A stretch of 64,000 nucleotides of DNA from Mobula hypostoma (Eukaryota), in contig NC_086108.1 in the NCBI RefSeq assembly GCF_963921235.1, positions 24,862,001 to 24,926,000 on the forward strand. Reading direction: 5' to 3'. The position numbers and the translations under genes were made by a program. Positions 50,401-63,284 of the stretch are shown here, in pieces. Each line of letters begins with the position of its first letter. The first letter of the stretch is position 1. Below the pieces are notes generated by a model, which made no database searches, had not been told where the DNA came from, and saw only the letters and a list, made by a program, of their open reading frames with translations.

Positions 50401-53321
50401 ATATGGTTTTCAGCAATGTAATGGTCTACAAGAAAGAATGGATGGTCCATAGGATCTTTCCCTGGTTACTGAAATTCCACAAGCCACCAGCAAGATGGCC
50501 GTTCCCCAAAAAAGCAATTATGGAAAGAGAAATATAGCTCAAAGATGAACTGGAAAAGTAAGAAAGACAAGTATGGTCTCTGTTTTGGAGTGGGTGGGGC
50601 AGATGTGAGGGGAACAGAGTGAATAGTGGTACAGGAGTGCAGAACAAACTTGTTTTCCACCCGATCAGAAGCACTTCCTTTGCTGTCCTCACTTCACATC
50701 AGATGGTACTCACTAACCAGAAACATGGTTTGCCTACGCTTTTTATTCAGAAGAACCATCTTGAAATATTATAGATGTAACTCCAGCATTACACAGCCTG
50801 AAACAGTGAAAATGTAGAATATAGATCTCAATATATCCAAATATTTACCGAATGCAATGGAGGAAAAGGTAGAATATATGTAAACAAACAAAAGCTGAAG
50901 GGAAAGTGTACAAAAGAAAATAGAACAAAATCAACACTATGTAAGAGAATGGAATTGAATAAATTTTGGGTTAAGAACCATAATACAGAAAATAAATGTG
51001 AAGTATTGAGTCATGAATCGTTTTTTCTATGTGCTGGGTACATAAGAGATTGAAAAATTAAATCTTTAGTCAAGGGAATTTGTAATGTACCTAAGAAGAT
51101 CATTAGGATGCAATGTGCATTTTCTAACCTAAGGAAGCAGCAAATGGGTTTCAAGACTGTTGAAAGCATTTGAAGGGAACTCATTAACTGAGATTTATTC
51201 TTGTACAGGGAGTTGTATAAGATGTGAATGTGAATATCTAATTAGAATAAAATACCAAATAGCTTATCAAGCCAATTCTTTAATCAGACTATGTACAGTC
51301 ATGGAGTATACATTGTTTAAGTTCTACATATGGCCTAACCCCACTGCTCCCAGGCCGAGCAAGGCAGATCCAGCAATGGTTCATAAAACATGTTTACTAC
51401 CAGTTCCTTTCCAACTAATGCAGTTTGATGGGCTGGCTAACCCAGGCATGTTATAATTCCACTTCCTGCCCTGTAATTCCCAACACACTTGAACCAAGAA
51501 AATATCAAAAACAGACACTAAATCTGTGATAGAAATAAATAAACCCTGGGTGCTTTCAGATAATGATCGGGTAGCATATTTTATTTCTTCATTTGTATGC
51601 CATGGATTAATGATTATCAGCAATCAGTAGCAGTGAACATAATGGATTAAGTGTTACATTTACCAACACTAAATTGCGTTCAGGGAATGGCAAGTCTGGC
51701 TGCATCTCATGGAGTCACAGAGTGCAGAAACAGGTCCTTCAGCTCTACTGTTCTCTGCCAAGCAAGATGCTCCATCCAAGCTAATCTCATTGGCCGTGAT
51801 TGACTTATAATCTTCTAAATCATTCCAATCCATTTAGCTGTCCAACTGTCTTTGAAAAGTTGCCTCAACCACTTCCTCCGGCAGCTGATTCCACACTGGT
51901 GCCACCCTTTTGTAAAAGGGTGATATCAATGTGGAACCAGCTGCCAGAGGAAGACTTCTGATTCATACAGAACATCGTCCAAGAAATTTTGCTCAGTTTG
52001 AAGAATCTTAAAGTGTTCAACTTGGGCAGTAGAGGTCTAAGAGGGATTGTGTAATTTAAGGAGAGAGATGATCAGTGGGAAATACATGAGGATAATTTAC
52101 ACAATCACAGCGTGCAGAGATTGGATTGGGGATAAGGTTACCTGGAGGGTTGCTAGATTCCTGCTTGGGAGAATGTTGACAGCAAGAATTTAAGGAGATA
52201 GGAAGAATGATTGGAGAGGAGTTGGTATATCTTGTGCTGGGTGGCGAAACCAGCTGAGGGGTCAATGTGACAAACAGTGAGGGGCTGTGACAATTGGATG
52301 CGGTTTTGGAAGGATGACAGGAGGTAGGTGGAAAACAATGTCCTTCTGACTATCTTACAGAATTGGTAAGCTTAGAGAGATCAGTAGCCAATTCAGCAAG
52401 GTGATCGCGAGGATGTTGGCAGAGAGTAGGTGAGTATCTTCAAATTGTGTAGTGTTTGCTATTCAACATCACTGCATACATCCAGAGAACATAAATCAAA
52501 ATCCGTAATTAAAGCATTAAGTGCTTTTTAATAATCAATGTTATTATCAAAGTCATTGTGACATGCATATATGTTGTATCCCACTAGCCAAGTGCACAGG
52601 AACCCATTCAGGAAATCTGTTAGATGTTGTCCAGCAGGATCTTCTTTAAGCCTCTGATAAGCTGCTACACGTGAGGTTACTTCACAAAATAACGTCTTTC
52701 AATAACACTGAGAACTTGAAATCTGATTTAGGAATTCAGTTCAGCATTGTAATCATAAATGTTGCAGGGAACAGACATGGTGAATTCTTGAGATGCAATC
52801 GGTCGTAAAGTATGCACACAGATGTGTTTTGGGCCTCAATACTTTCATCACCTTTATTTATAATCTGGAGAGCATTGTTGGTGCTGTGGTAAGTACACCT
52901 GTAGTTGACAACAAAGTCAGGAAACAGTAAATAGATATCAGAATGAAAAAATCCGTCTGGACTCTAAGCTTTCTGCAATTACACAACTCTAATTCCTTTC
53001 ACAACCGATGCCCACACTTGCTCCTTACCTTTCTGTTAATATCAAGGTCCAGGTTTAACATCTTTACAATCAATAGGATTGACGTCATAGCACTCCTCAG
53101 ATACATGGAAAGTTGGAAATGTTTGTAATTACTGTAGCAAAGACTAATAGCTTTACAGTTATTACATTGAAGTGTTACTGAATTGGCCTTCCCTCACTTG
53201 TTATTCTCTCTTCCTCATGCGTGACTGTGTGATGCAAACTTTGTCAAAATTGTATCTGAGTCATGTGCTGAACATGATTCAGAATTGAATAACTGGCATT
53301 TAACGTGTCAATAAACATGAC

Positions 53322-53410
53322 TCAGGGTCTCGGCCCGAAACATTGATTGTACTCTTTTCCATAGATGCTGCCTGGCTTGCCGAGTCCCTCCAGCATTTTT
53401 GTGTGTTGTT
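53322..53410 (+). mobile_element. Penelope-like terminal stub
   Basis: agggtctcggcccgaaacattgattg...gatgctgcctggcttgccgagtccctccagcattttt. Confidence 0.7.
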
Positions 53411-53449
53411 CAGTACACCTATTTCACTTTGACTCTTATACTTGAAATA

Positions 53450-54720
53450 AATCAGAATCAGGTTTATTACTATCACTGGTATACAGTCCTGTGCAAAAGT
53501 CTTAGGCTGAAGTATAAACAATCTGTACAGCAAAGTTGCTTTTAAAAATAATGTAACGGAAAGTTTCTACATATCAAAGAATTTACTATAAAGAGCTATA
53601 AACAGTAAAAAACTAAATCACATCAATATTTGATGTGACCTTTAAAATTGCATCTTTTCTCTTAGGTACACTGTTGTCCAGTTTTAAAAGAAAATCAGCT
53701 AGTAGGTTGCTCCAAGCATCTTGGAGAACTTGCCACAATTCTTCTGCAGACTTTGGCTTTGACTTTTCTTTTGACTTTCCAGGTAATCCCAGAAAGCCTC
53801 GATGATGTTGAGATCAGGTTCCATGGAGGCCATGCAAACTGAATACACAAAATACCTAGGGCGCCGCAGACTTTTGCACAGTCATGAAGTCTGTAGTTTT
53901 GTGGCAACAGTACAATGCAGGACATAAAAAGTACCATAATTAAATAATAAATAACTTGTGTATAAGAGGAGTAGTGAGGTAGAGTTCACATGTTCATGGG
54001 CCATTCAGAAACCTGATGGCAGAGCGGAAAAAGCTGTTCCTAAAACATTGAGTATGGGTCTTCAAGGTCCTGTACCTCCTCCCTGATGGGAGTGATGTGA
54101 TGTTGGTCTCTGAGACAAAGATCAGAAGGTTACCAAATTCTGTGGGAATTCATACCGGTGTAGTTCATTCCCCCTTTCAAAGTGTACCTAGAAGGCACTG
54201 AGCTTATTGGGAAGTGAAGCATCACTGCTTTTTATGCTGTTCGGTTTTGTCTTCGAGGAACTAATGACAGGCAACCCTGCCACAGCTGTGGTGAATCTGA
54301 TTGTGTCTCTAACTTCACACAGAATTGCCTTTTCATCTTCACTTTGGCCTTCCATAGGATACACCACCACAGCTTCTATCCACCTGGACTTCTTGTAGGG
54401 CTCTGGATCATCAGTCTTGAACGCTGCAGATCTATCCCGTAGCATAATGTAAATCTCCTGATTCATCCTGGTTTTGGTATGTTCTTGAAGGCGCACACTC
54501 ATTGTGGTATGTCTTGAACTCAATGACAACTGTGACATATTCAATCACTTCCAAAGATGAAACCCTGAATATGGTCCAGTCTACCAATTCAAAGCTTTCC
54601 TGTAAAAACTTTTCCACTGCCCTTAACCATTCACAGTCCTCAGCACAGTTGCTGCAGTCCTCATTCTCTGCCTATCTGCTGGGAGTTGAAATGCAGCCAG
54701 GTGATCAGGCTTGCCAAAGT
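53450..54720 (-). mobile_element. Decayed Rex/Babar-like LINE
   Basis: 3' tail aatcagaatcaggtttatta at ~53450. Peptides LQESFELVDWTIF, DRSAAFK and DASLPNKL. Confidence 0.65.
53484..53885 (-). mobile_element. Tc1/mariner deletion derivative (~400 bp)
   Basis: ta|cagtcctgtgcaaaagtcttagg ... gacttttgcacagtc TIRs. The minus strand encodes a PDLNIIEAFWDYL relic of the Tc1 SPDLNPIE motif. Confidence 0.75.
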
Positions 54721-54754
54721 GCAGGTGTGGGATGGCATGGTAATAATGATTGAT

Positions 54755-55410
54755 ATTTCCCTGAAAGTGGCTGCATAGATTGATAGGGTGGTAAGGGAGG
54801 CATATGATGTTCTTGCCATTATTAGTTCATTTAGTCAGGAAGTGATGTTGCAGCTTTATAAAATTATGATTAGGCCATATCTGGGGTATTGCATTCATTT
54901 CTGGATGCCCAATTATTGGCAAGATGTGGAGGCTTTGGAGCAGGTGCAGAAGTTTTTTATAGTATGGTGCCCGGATTACAGGGCATGTGCTATTAGGAGA
55001 GACTGCACAAACCTGAGTTGTTTTCTCTGGAGTAGTGGAGGCTGCAAGGAGATCTGACAGAAATTTATAAGATTATGAGATGCAGAGTGAGAATAGAAGG
55101 CCAGAATTGTTTTCCCCTGGGTCAAAACATCTCATGCAGAAAATTGAGCGGGGAAGTTCAAAGGAGGAATACAGAGCAAGTTTTGTTTTTCATGGAGAGT
55201 GGTGGGTGCCTGGAATCTGTTGTCAGGGTGGTAGTTGAGACAAATTTGATGGACTCTTAGATAAGCACATGAATTTCAGAAAATGGAGGATGTAGACCTT
55301 GTGTAGGCAGAAAGCATTAGTTCAGTTAGTTGTTTAGCTACTAGCTTAATTAGTTTTGTAGAACATAGTGGACCTAAGGGCCTGTTCCTGTACTGTACTC
55401 TTTTATGCTC
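54755..55410 (+). mobile_element. Decayed CR1 3' part
   Basis: VMLQLYKIMIRPYLGYCIHFW and a CR1 3' UTR (gggcctgttcctgtactgtactc). Confidence 0.7.
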
Positions 55411-57979
55411 CATTACACACTTTAAAATCTTTAAATAGAAGAAACTGAAATGTTTATATTGGAACCATCAATAGGATATCATAAATGAATTTTAGCAACA
55501 TTATCTAATTTTTAACTTCATTGTGCCCTTTTATGATGTTAAACAGTGAATTATATTATATTCCATGATTTAAATAAACTCATTTCTTATGTCAAATATA
55601 AATTCTGCCCTTTTTCTGTGTTGCAATTACCCTGGTACATCTTAATCTCTCCCTGTACATGTTAGACAGTAGGTATAAAAAGGACTTTTATAGCTGAACA
55701 GCTGTAAAAGACAGAGTGTTCGCACACTTCAAAGTCTGAAAAACGATGACCTTCACTTTACTTCTTTCAGCCACTCAGCTTTTAAAAATTGCTTTTTGAA
55801 ATTATAAATTGAATGCACCCACTAGCTCTCATCTATTGTTTGTGCTACACTATAAGGAGCATTCTATTAGATCTGTCAAACACAGTTTCATCCTGTTACT
55901 ACTTCCTTAATAATGGATTCCGATATCTTTGTTATAATTGACATCATGCCTGTATCTGATTGCAGTTTTACTGTCTATGATTTCTACAACAATTGCATCG
56001 CATTTGCTACCTTCCCATCTATCTGTTCTGGATGATCACCACCACTATATCTGCAGCCACATCTTTTTCACCACAATATGGACTGTAAAGACAGGAGATA
56101 TATCTATTTCCTTTAATCTTTCCGGTATTTTCTCTTTAGTGCTATTACTTTAAACTCCCATCTGAAATTGGACCATATGCATTTCACATGTTCTTTACTG
56201 TATCTTGCATTGAGTTAGATACAAATTAGTCGTTCAACCCATAATTTCCTATTTTTTCTATTTAAATTACCCACATTCCAACTCCAAATCCCTTGTTTCT
56301 TTCTGATTTTATCTTCTATTTTATATTGTAGAAATCTTATAGATATCTTTCTAAGTATCTTGCAATCTTGATTTAATTCTGCTCTTGATCAGAAATCCAT
56401 ACATTTGTTTCAAAAATAGGTATCAAGATTCAGTCTTAATAATTGTTTGCTTGATTTTAATTTCCTCTTTCTTTCATTCACTATCTATCTCAAGTGGTGG
56501 GATCTTGAAAATCAAGGCTTGCAGTTCATCCTAAACCCAGAAGTTGAAGAATACAAGTTACTGCAGCCTTTAATTGTCCAATTTTTAGTCATAATCAGGT
56601 TCATCCAAGCAGCTGCTAAGCAATATTACTCACAATGTTAAGTCTAATCTCAATTATTCACATACCTGTGAGATTTCAGCATGTAAGCTTTCCCTTTTTT
56701 GTACTTTTTAGACTAAACTAACCTTTGGATGCCATACCTCTAATGTACTCTAGAAGTCTTGAAATCGGACATGCAACTGCATTAATTTGACCGATGAAAA
56801 TAAATCAAGAGACAGATGACTGGAATAAATATCTAGACACTGAAAAAATACACTACATTTTGAAGACACAATATGTTTTCAACTTATTTTATGATGATAA
56901 AAAGTGGAAAAAGATATTAGAAGCATGTCTGGGCCTTGCCTCTGCTACACATTTGCCCAGTCATCCACCTTGTTCAAATCACACTACATCCTCCGCACAG
57001 CTCCCTGTCCCATTCAGCTTTATGTCACTCACAAATTCAGAGAGGCTACATTTAGTTCCCTCATTCAAATTGGTGAATGTACAGTATATATTGAATAGCT
57101 GGGACCAAACAATGATCCCTGTGACACCATGCTAGTTACTGCTTGGCAGCCAGAAAATGGACCATTCTCTTAACTTTTTGCTTCCTGTCTATTCTCCTAA
57201 TTCTCATTCCATACAGGTATGTCACTTGAAAAACTTTCATATAGCAGCCTGGCCTCTTATATAGAAGAGTATGAAAACACTGTGTCAAAATTCATGACAT
57301 CCTCTGCTCCTCCCTTACCCATTCTATTAGTCACCCCTTCACAAAATTCCAATAGATTGTTAGGCATGATTTCCCATTCATAAACCCATGCTAGCTTGTC
57401 CAGTCCCACTCAGTCATGGGTTTTAATTGCCAGATCCTGCTGAAGGCTGGCCAGTGCTCTGTGTCACCAGCTATCTGCAGATGTTCAGACATCCAAATTT
57501 CAGTACAGAGCATACTCAGAGTTCAGACATGGGCTCAATTGACCTTCCACAGTGTTCTGGACTAGCACTTGTATTTAGGTTGTTTAAAACGTGAAGTGGC
57601 GCTTAATTCTTTTTTTGCTTTATTTAAATTAAAACTTCAGTTTTAATTAATTTATATAAATTCTCCTTTTGGATAGTTTTATTTCACTATACTTCTGTTC
57701 CGAATCTAAAAATTGCTGCACCATATGTAACAGCAAACACCTTGAGCCTTGTGTTTATTTTGAAAGCAAATTCTTTCTTGTTCTTCTGCCTTGATGTGGC
57801 TGATCTCCTTATCAGATATCCCTGTTGTGCATGGCACAGAATAGTTGCATGATGACAGATGCATTGTAAATAGGTAAAATACAGGATGCAAGATGTTTTG
57901 AAAGAAATCTATCATTTTATTTCTTTATGGGCTTTTGGCATTGTCTGTTCAACTAACTGGCTGGCTGCATCACATTAGC

Positions 57980-58260
57980 AGGCACTTAGAAATCAGCCAC
58001 AATGGTTTGTGTGGACTCATGTGTAGATCAAACTGGGTATGGTGCAGATTTCTAACCCCGAAGGAAGTATATGATCCAGATTGGTTCTTGCACTAATCTG
58101 ATTGTTTCATGTTCAATAATACCAACAAAAACTCTTCATTTCAGGTTAACTTAATTATATGAATTTAAATTCTCTTGCTGCGGTGGAGGCTTTTGAGCTC
58201 GTCTTCAAATCAATAGTCCAAACAACTGTAAAGTGCTCCATTAATTTAATCACAATGCTG
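57980..58260 (-). mobile_element. Old tRNA-derived SINE relic
   Basis: Resembles from memory the reverse strand of a common chondrichthyan SINE (tgtagatcaaactggg...gcagatttc...tgaatttaaattc...ggtggaggcttttgagc). Confidence 0.4.
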
Positions 58261-59179
58261 GTATATCCTCATACATTGCTATAACTTTGTAGAGGTGCAA
58301 TGGTACCCTTAATACAGCCAATTATATAACAATGGTACAATTTTCAGTCTATTTATCAGAAGTGGAGGGAACAGCCACTGGTTACGTTTATAACTATGAC
58401 TCCTTCAGCAAGAGAAACAGCAGCATTGACTAATGTCTTTCCTTTCATCCAGCAAAATTAGATTGCACAAAAATGCTCAGTTATATCTAATTATTTAATG
58501 AAGCTGCATTGAAGCTGGGCTGAGAAAAAAGGAACTTGACAATCAATTCAAATCAATAAGTCGCCTTTCCTCTCTCATACATTATCAGAACCGCACATCC
58601 TAATTCCTGGTTATTTTCATATGACTAATGTTCAGCATTTCATTTTATTTTACTTAGCTGCATCTCTCATTGTTGCTTTCTTTGTCTTTAAGCTCTATTA
58701 TTAACCATGAACATTACCTTACTACTTTTTATTTTTGCACTGCTTATCTTATTTAACAATTTAAAATGTATACTTACTGTATTTCATGGTTTATTTTCTT
58801 TGTTATAATGTATTGCATTGTACTGCTGCCATACAGACAACAAATTTCACTATAAATTTCATGATATATTAAACCTGTTTCTGATTAATTGGTCAATGAT
58901 GCACCACAGCAAGACTGATGCTGTATTGCATTGTGTATCCACTTGATGCTGAAGGATCTTCATAGTTGCATGAAAAGCATGAAAAAGCTGACTTTCTTTT
59001 TATAACCTTGCTCCATGCTATTGGAATCAAGAAAAAGCCTTTTAATGGCTTCCATCAATATCCAGCTGTACTTTGTCTACCACTTTGTTGTCTAAGTCTG
59101 AGTGCTGATTACGCCAGGCTTCTCTGGAGACATGGCAGAGTTTATATTTTTCTTTGGGTACATGTCACAATTAAAGGTA

Positions 59180-59250
59180 CAGTACTGTGTAAAGTCTTAG
59201 GCGTATATACGTTATATAGCTAGGGTGCCTAAGACTTTTGCACAGTACTG
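59180..59250. mobile_element. 71-bp Tc1-type MITE (hairpin)
   Basis: ta|cagtactgtgtaaagtcttaggc...gcctaagacttttgcacagtactg|ta with TA TSD. TIR shared with 53484-53885. Confidence 0.85.
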
Positions 59251-59796
59251 TATTTGCCCACGTGGAGCGGAGAATGAGTACATAAACTGGCAGGATGTTG
59301 GGAATGGCAGGGGTAGACTACCGTGGGAGGAGCATGAGACAGGCGGCAAGGAGGAGTGCCAGGGACGGGGGTGGCACAAGTTCAGACACACCCAACCCTG
59401 AGACACCAGGAAAAGTCATTGAATTCCAACCAATTGGTTTACTGATCATTACAGAATGTCTCTCTGATACTCCTTGCTCCTTCCCCTCTCCCTTCTCCTT
59501 TTCTTAACCATGATTAATAGTATAATATTTGAATATTACAATCACAATCTGAACAACTGTTCAGCTATGCTTGTACACATCTGATTCCTAAAATGCTATG
59601 AGTGCCTAAAGGGATGAACACCAAAGCAAATTAAAGTAACCACTGCTGTGCATTGCAAAATAAAATTAAATAGAAAATCATGCCAATAATTTGAAAATTA
59701 AGTATATTTTACTTTGCAATTTACATTCCAACAAAGGCAGCTGAACTGCGAAAGACATTTGAAAGGTCTTCTTGGTGATAAGAATAAGAATAAGAT

Positions 59797-61090
59797 ACTT
59801 CGTGGGTGGAAGGTCATGTTTAACCAATCTTATAGGATTTTTTGAGGAAGTTACCAGAAAGTGGGTGAGGGCAAGGCAGTCATGCTGTCCACATGGAATT
59901 TAGTAAGGCATTTGACAAGGTCCCGCTTGGGAGGCTGTTCAAGAAAATACAGTTGCTCAGCATTTAGGATGAGGTAGTAAACTGGATTAGACAACCAGAG
60001 AGTGGTAGTAGAGGGTTGCCTTTCTGATGGAGGCCTGTAACTAGCAGTGTGCCGCAGGGACTGATGCTGGGTCCTTTGTTGTTTGTCATCTATATCAATG
60101 ATCTGGATGATAATGTGGTTAACTGGATCAGCAACTTTGCAGGTAATGCGAAGATTAGGGGTGTAGTGGACAATAGTTAAGACTATCATGGATTGCAGAG
60201 AGATCTGTGCCAGCTGGAAAAATCGGCTGAAGAATGGCGGATGGAATTTAATGCAGAAAAGCTTGAGATTTTGCACTTCGGTAGGACCAACCAGTGTAGG
60301 TCTTACACAGTGAATGGTCGGGCACTGAAGGGATCTGGGGATACAGGTCCGTAATTCAAAAATGGTGTCTCAGGTAGATAGGGTTGTAAAGAAAGCTTTT
60401 AGCACATCGGCCTTCATAAATCAAAGTAATGAGGACAGGAGATGGGATATTATGTTGAAGTTGTTTAAGATGTTGGTGAAGTCTAATTTCGAGTATAGTG
60501 TGCAACTTTAGTTACATACCTACAGGAAAGATGTAACACACACAAAACGCTGGAGGAACTCAGTGGGCCAGGCAGTGTCTGGGAAAAGTGTACAGTTGTC
60601 ATTTCGGGGGGAAACCCTTTCGCAGAACTGGAAAGATGTAAACAGGGTTGAAAGAGTACAGAGAAAATTCAAAAGGATGTTGCTGGGTCTGGAGGACCTG
60701 AGTTATAAGGAAAGATTGAATAGGTTTGGCCTGTATTCTTTAGATTGAGAGGAGATTTGGTATAGGTATAGAAAATTATTAGGCGTACAGATAACGTAAA
60801 TGCAAGCAGCCTTTTACCACTACAGCCAGAGGTCATGGGTTAAAGGTGAGAAGTTTGAGGGGAATATGAGGGGAAACTTCTCCACTCAAAGGGTTGTGAG
60901 AGTGTGGAATGGGCTGGCAACACAAGTGGTGCATGCGAGCTCGATTTCAACATTGAAGATAAGTTTGAATGGTTACTGTATATGGATAGTAGTCATATGG
61001 AGGGCTATGGTCCCAGTGCAGATTGATGGTAGTGGGCAGTTCAAATGGTTTCAGCATGGGCTAGATGGGCCAAAAGGCCTGTTTCTGTGC
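59797..61090 (+). mobile_element. Decayed CR1 LINE RT/3' region with nested Penelope stub at 60537-60629
   Basis: gtgccgcagggactgatgctgggtcct (VPQG..LGP), ERVQRKFKRMLLGLEDLSYKERL and TQRVVRVWN. The stub is flanked by ggaaagatgtaa (60525-60536 and 60630-60641). Confidence 0.85.
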
Positions 61091-61775
61091 TATACTTTTC
61101 TATGACTCTAAACATAGAAGAGTAAAACACTGGAACAGGCCATTCAACCCAACAGGTCTGTGCAGTCCGTGAGGCCAAATTAAGTTAATTTCATTAGCCT
61201 ATGTGTGGGCCATGTCCCTCTTTTCCCTGTCTCTTCATGTGTTGAAATACTTCATGAACATAGCTGTCGTGGCTCTTTCTATCATCTCCTCCAGCTGTAC
61301 ATTCCAGGTACCAAAAGTCTTGCCTTGCCAATCTCCTCTGAACTTTTCTCCTGTCACCTTTTAGCTATGCCCTCTAGTACTTGAAATTTCCACTCTAGGG
61401 AAAAAAAGAATATGCTAATTATGGCTCTCAATTGTATTTACTTCTATCAGGTTGCCTTTTAAGTCCCTGACTCTCCAGAGCAAACAATGCACATTTCCCC
61501 AATTTCTCTTTTGTAGTTTTACACTCTAATCCAAGCAACATGGTGGAGAACATCTTCTGCACCCGTACTAATCAAGCAAGCCAACAATCTTTGAATCATC
61601 AATCTCATTACTGCTAATTCAGGTGTAGTTGCCATCAGCTCTATGCTTGTTGGAACTGCAGAAACTATGTCTTCTGGTTACATGCATGGAAAATAATGCT
61701 ATCTACACTGCAATACAGTTGTGGTTGTGCACATGAAAATTAGCAAGGGGCCAGCATAACTGATTCGATCTTGGC

Positions 61776-61922
61776 AATACAACACGCTGGAGGAACTCAG
61801 CAGGTCGGGCAGCATCCGTGGAAAGGATCGGTCGACGTTTCGGGCCGGAACCCTTTGTCAGGACCTTCAGTGTGTTGTGAGTATTGCTTTGACCCCAGCA
61901 TCTGCAGATTATTTTGTGTTTA
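61776..61922. mobile_element. Penelope-like stub with internal inversion and 15-bp TSD
   Basis: TSD tgattcgatcttggc at 61761-61775 and 61923-61937. The first part and the last ~55 bp are in opposite orientations. Confidence 0.85.
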
Positions 61923-63146
61923 TGATTCGATCTTGGCCTTGGACAATTAGATTTCCGGTTTTGTGAACATACACAAGTGTTTCTATGACTGAAATAATAC
62001 AATGGAAGTAAGACACTCAGTTTAATTTGTTTTTGGCAGTTCAGGATTTTCACTACCATTGGAGAGTGGAATTTTGACAGGAATGATATAGACTGTTGAT
62101 TAGCAATGGAGGAAATTTCCCTGCAGGAAAATTCCAGTGTATGACTGAAAAGTACATTTACAGTGAAGGAACTGGTAATGTCACCACATATAGATAGTTA
62201 CAGCACCTAAATTCCAAGGGAATATCATGCATTGAGACTTTGGCTTGCTTGAGAGAACTGTCAACCGTCAGACAACAATGGAAGTGTAACGTTCATTTGA
62301 AAATTGCTGTGGATTATATTTTCTCTGTTACTCACTTTGCCTAATTTTAAAATATGCCTAAGTTCACTGAGAGAGTAAAATAGCTTCTGAAATACTGGAG
62401 CTCATGCAAAAAGATATGCTGCCTCGATCCTGGGTTTTCACTTGGGACAATATGTTTTTCTGTTGGACAGAATTGTCTTTCCTGTAATTTCATTAAAAAG
62501 TATTAAAATCAATGGTCCCATGTTTTCCATTGATAATACCCAGCTTTCTGCTCTCTGTTTTGGTGCACACTAAATTACTTTAATGGTTGTCTTCCTGCCA
62601 TTTAACAGAGCCACTTTTTTGGTAAAACCACCCTCTGCTCTTTGAACATGGAACAATCCCAATGGGGAATTCCAACTTAGAGATGGAGTTGTGACAGAAG
62701 CGACAGAAGACATGAGTGGTACCCTTCTGCCAAATCAGTACAATTGAGGAAGACAAGTATGTTTTTACTTGCAATAACTGAAAGAGCAAAATGAAGAGCA
62801 TCAGTCTGAAAGATGGGGAAGGCATTCTTTTGATGGATCTGAGGCTTGTTCATATCACCCATGTTGCAGAAGCAATAGTACTTCCTGTCACTTCCATCTG
62901 AACTATCTAATTTACATTCCATTAGTAACATCACTCAGCAGACAGCACTCTTTATGTGCTGTGAAGTACACCTCACACATTCACTGTAATTTCACACCAT
63001 TATCCAAGTAACTGATGGGACTGTATTTTTAAGCCAAATCTTGACAGTGTACCTGCCCGGTACTGCTCTCTGTCATGCCTGTAGTTAGTTTCCTATGTCT
63101 GATGAAATTACACATTGATTTAGAAAACAAAACAGTAATAGGCCCT

Positions 63147-63284
63147 CACACATCAAAGTTGCTGGTGAACGCAGCAGGCCAGGCAGCATCTCTAGGAAGA
63201 GGTGCTGCCTGACCTGCTGCATTCACCAGCAACTTTGATGGGTGTTGCTTGAATTTCCAGCATCTGCAGAATTCCTGTTGTTTG
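63147..63284. mobile_element. Penelope-like stub forming an inverted repeat, 13-bp TSD
   Basis: TSD agtaataggccct at 63134-63146 and 63285-63297. catcaaagttgctggtgaacgcagcaggccaggcagca pairs with tgctgcctgacctgctgcattcaccagcaactttgatg. Confidence 0.85.

Noticed and set aside
62580..62934. Two short minus-strand ORFs in apparently unique sequence
   Set aside because: No recognisable homology or exon boundaries; lengths are as expected by chance.
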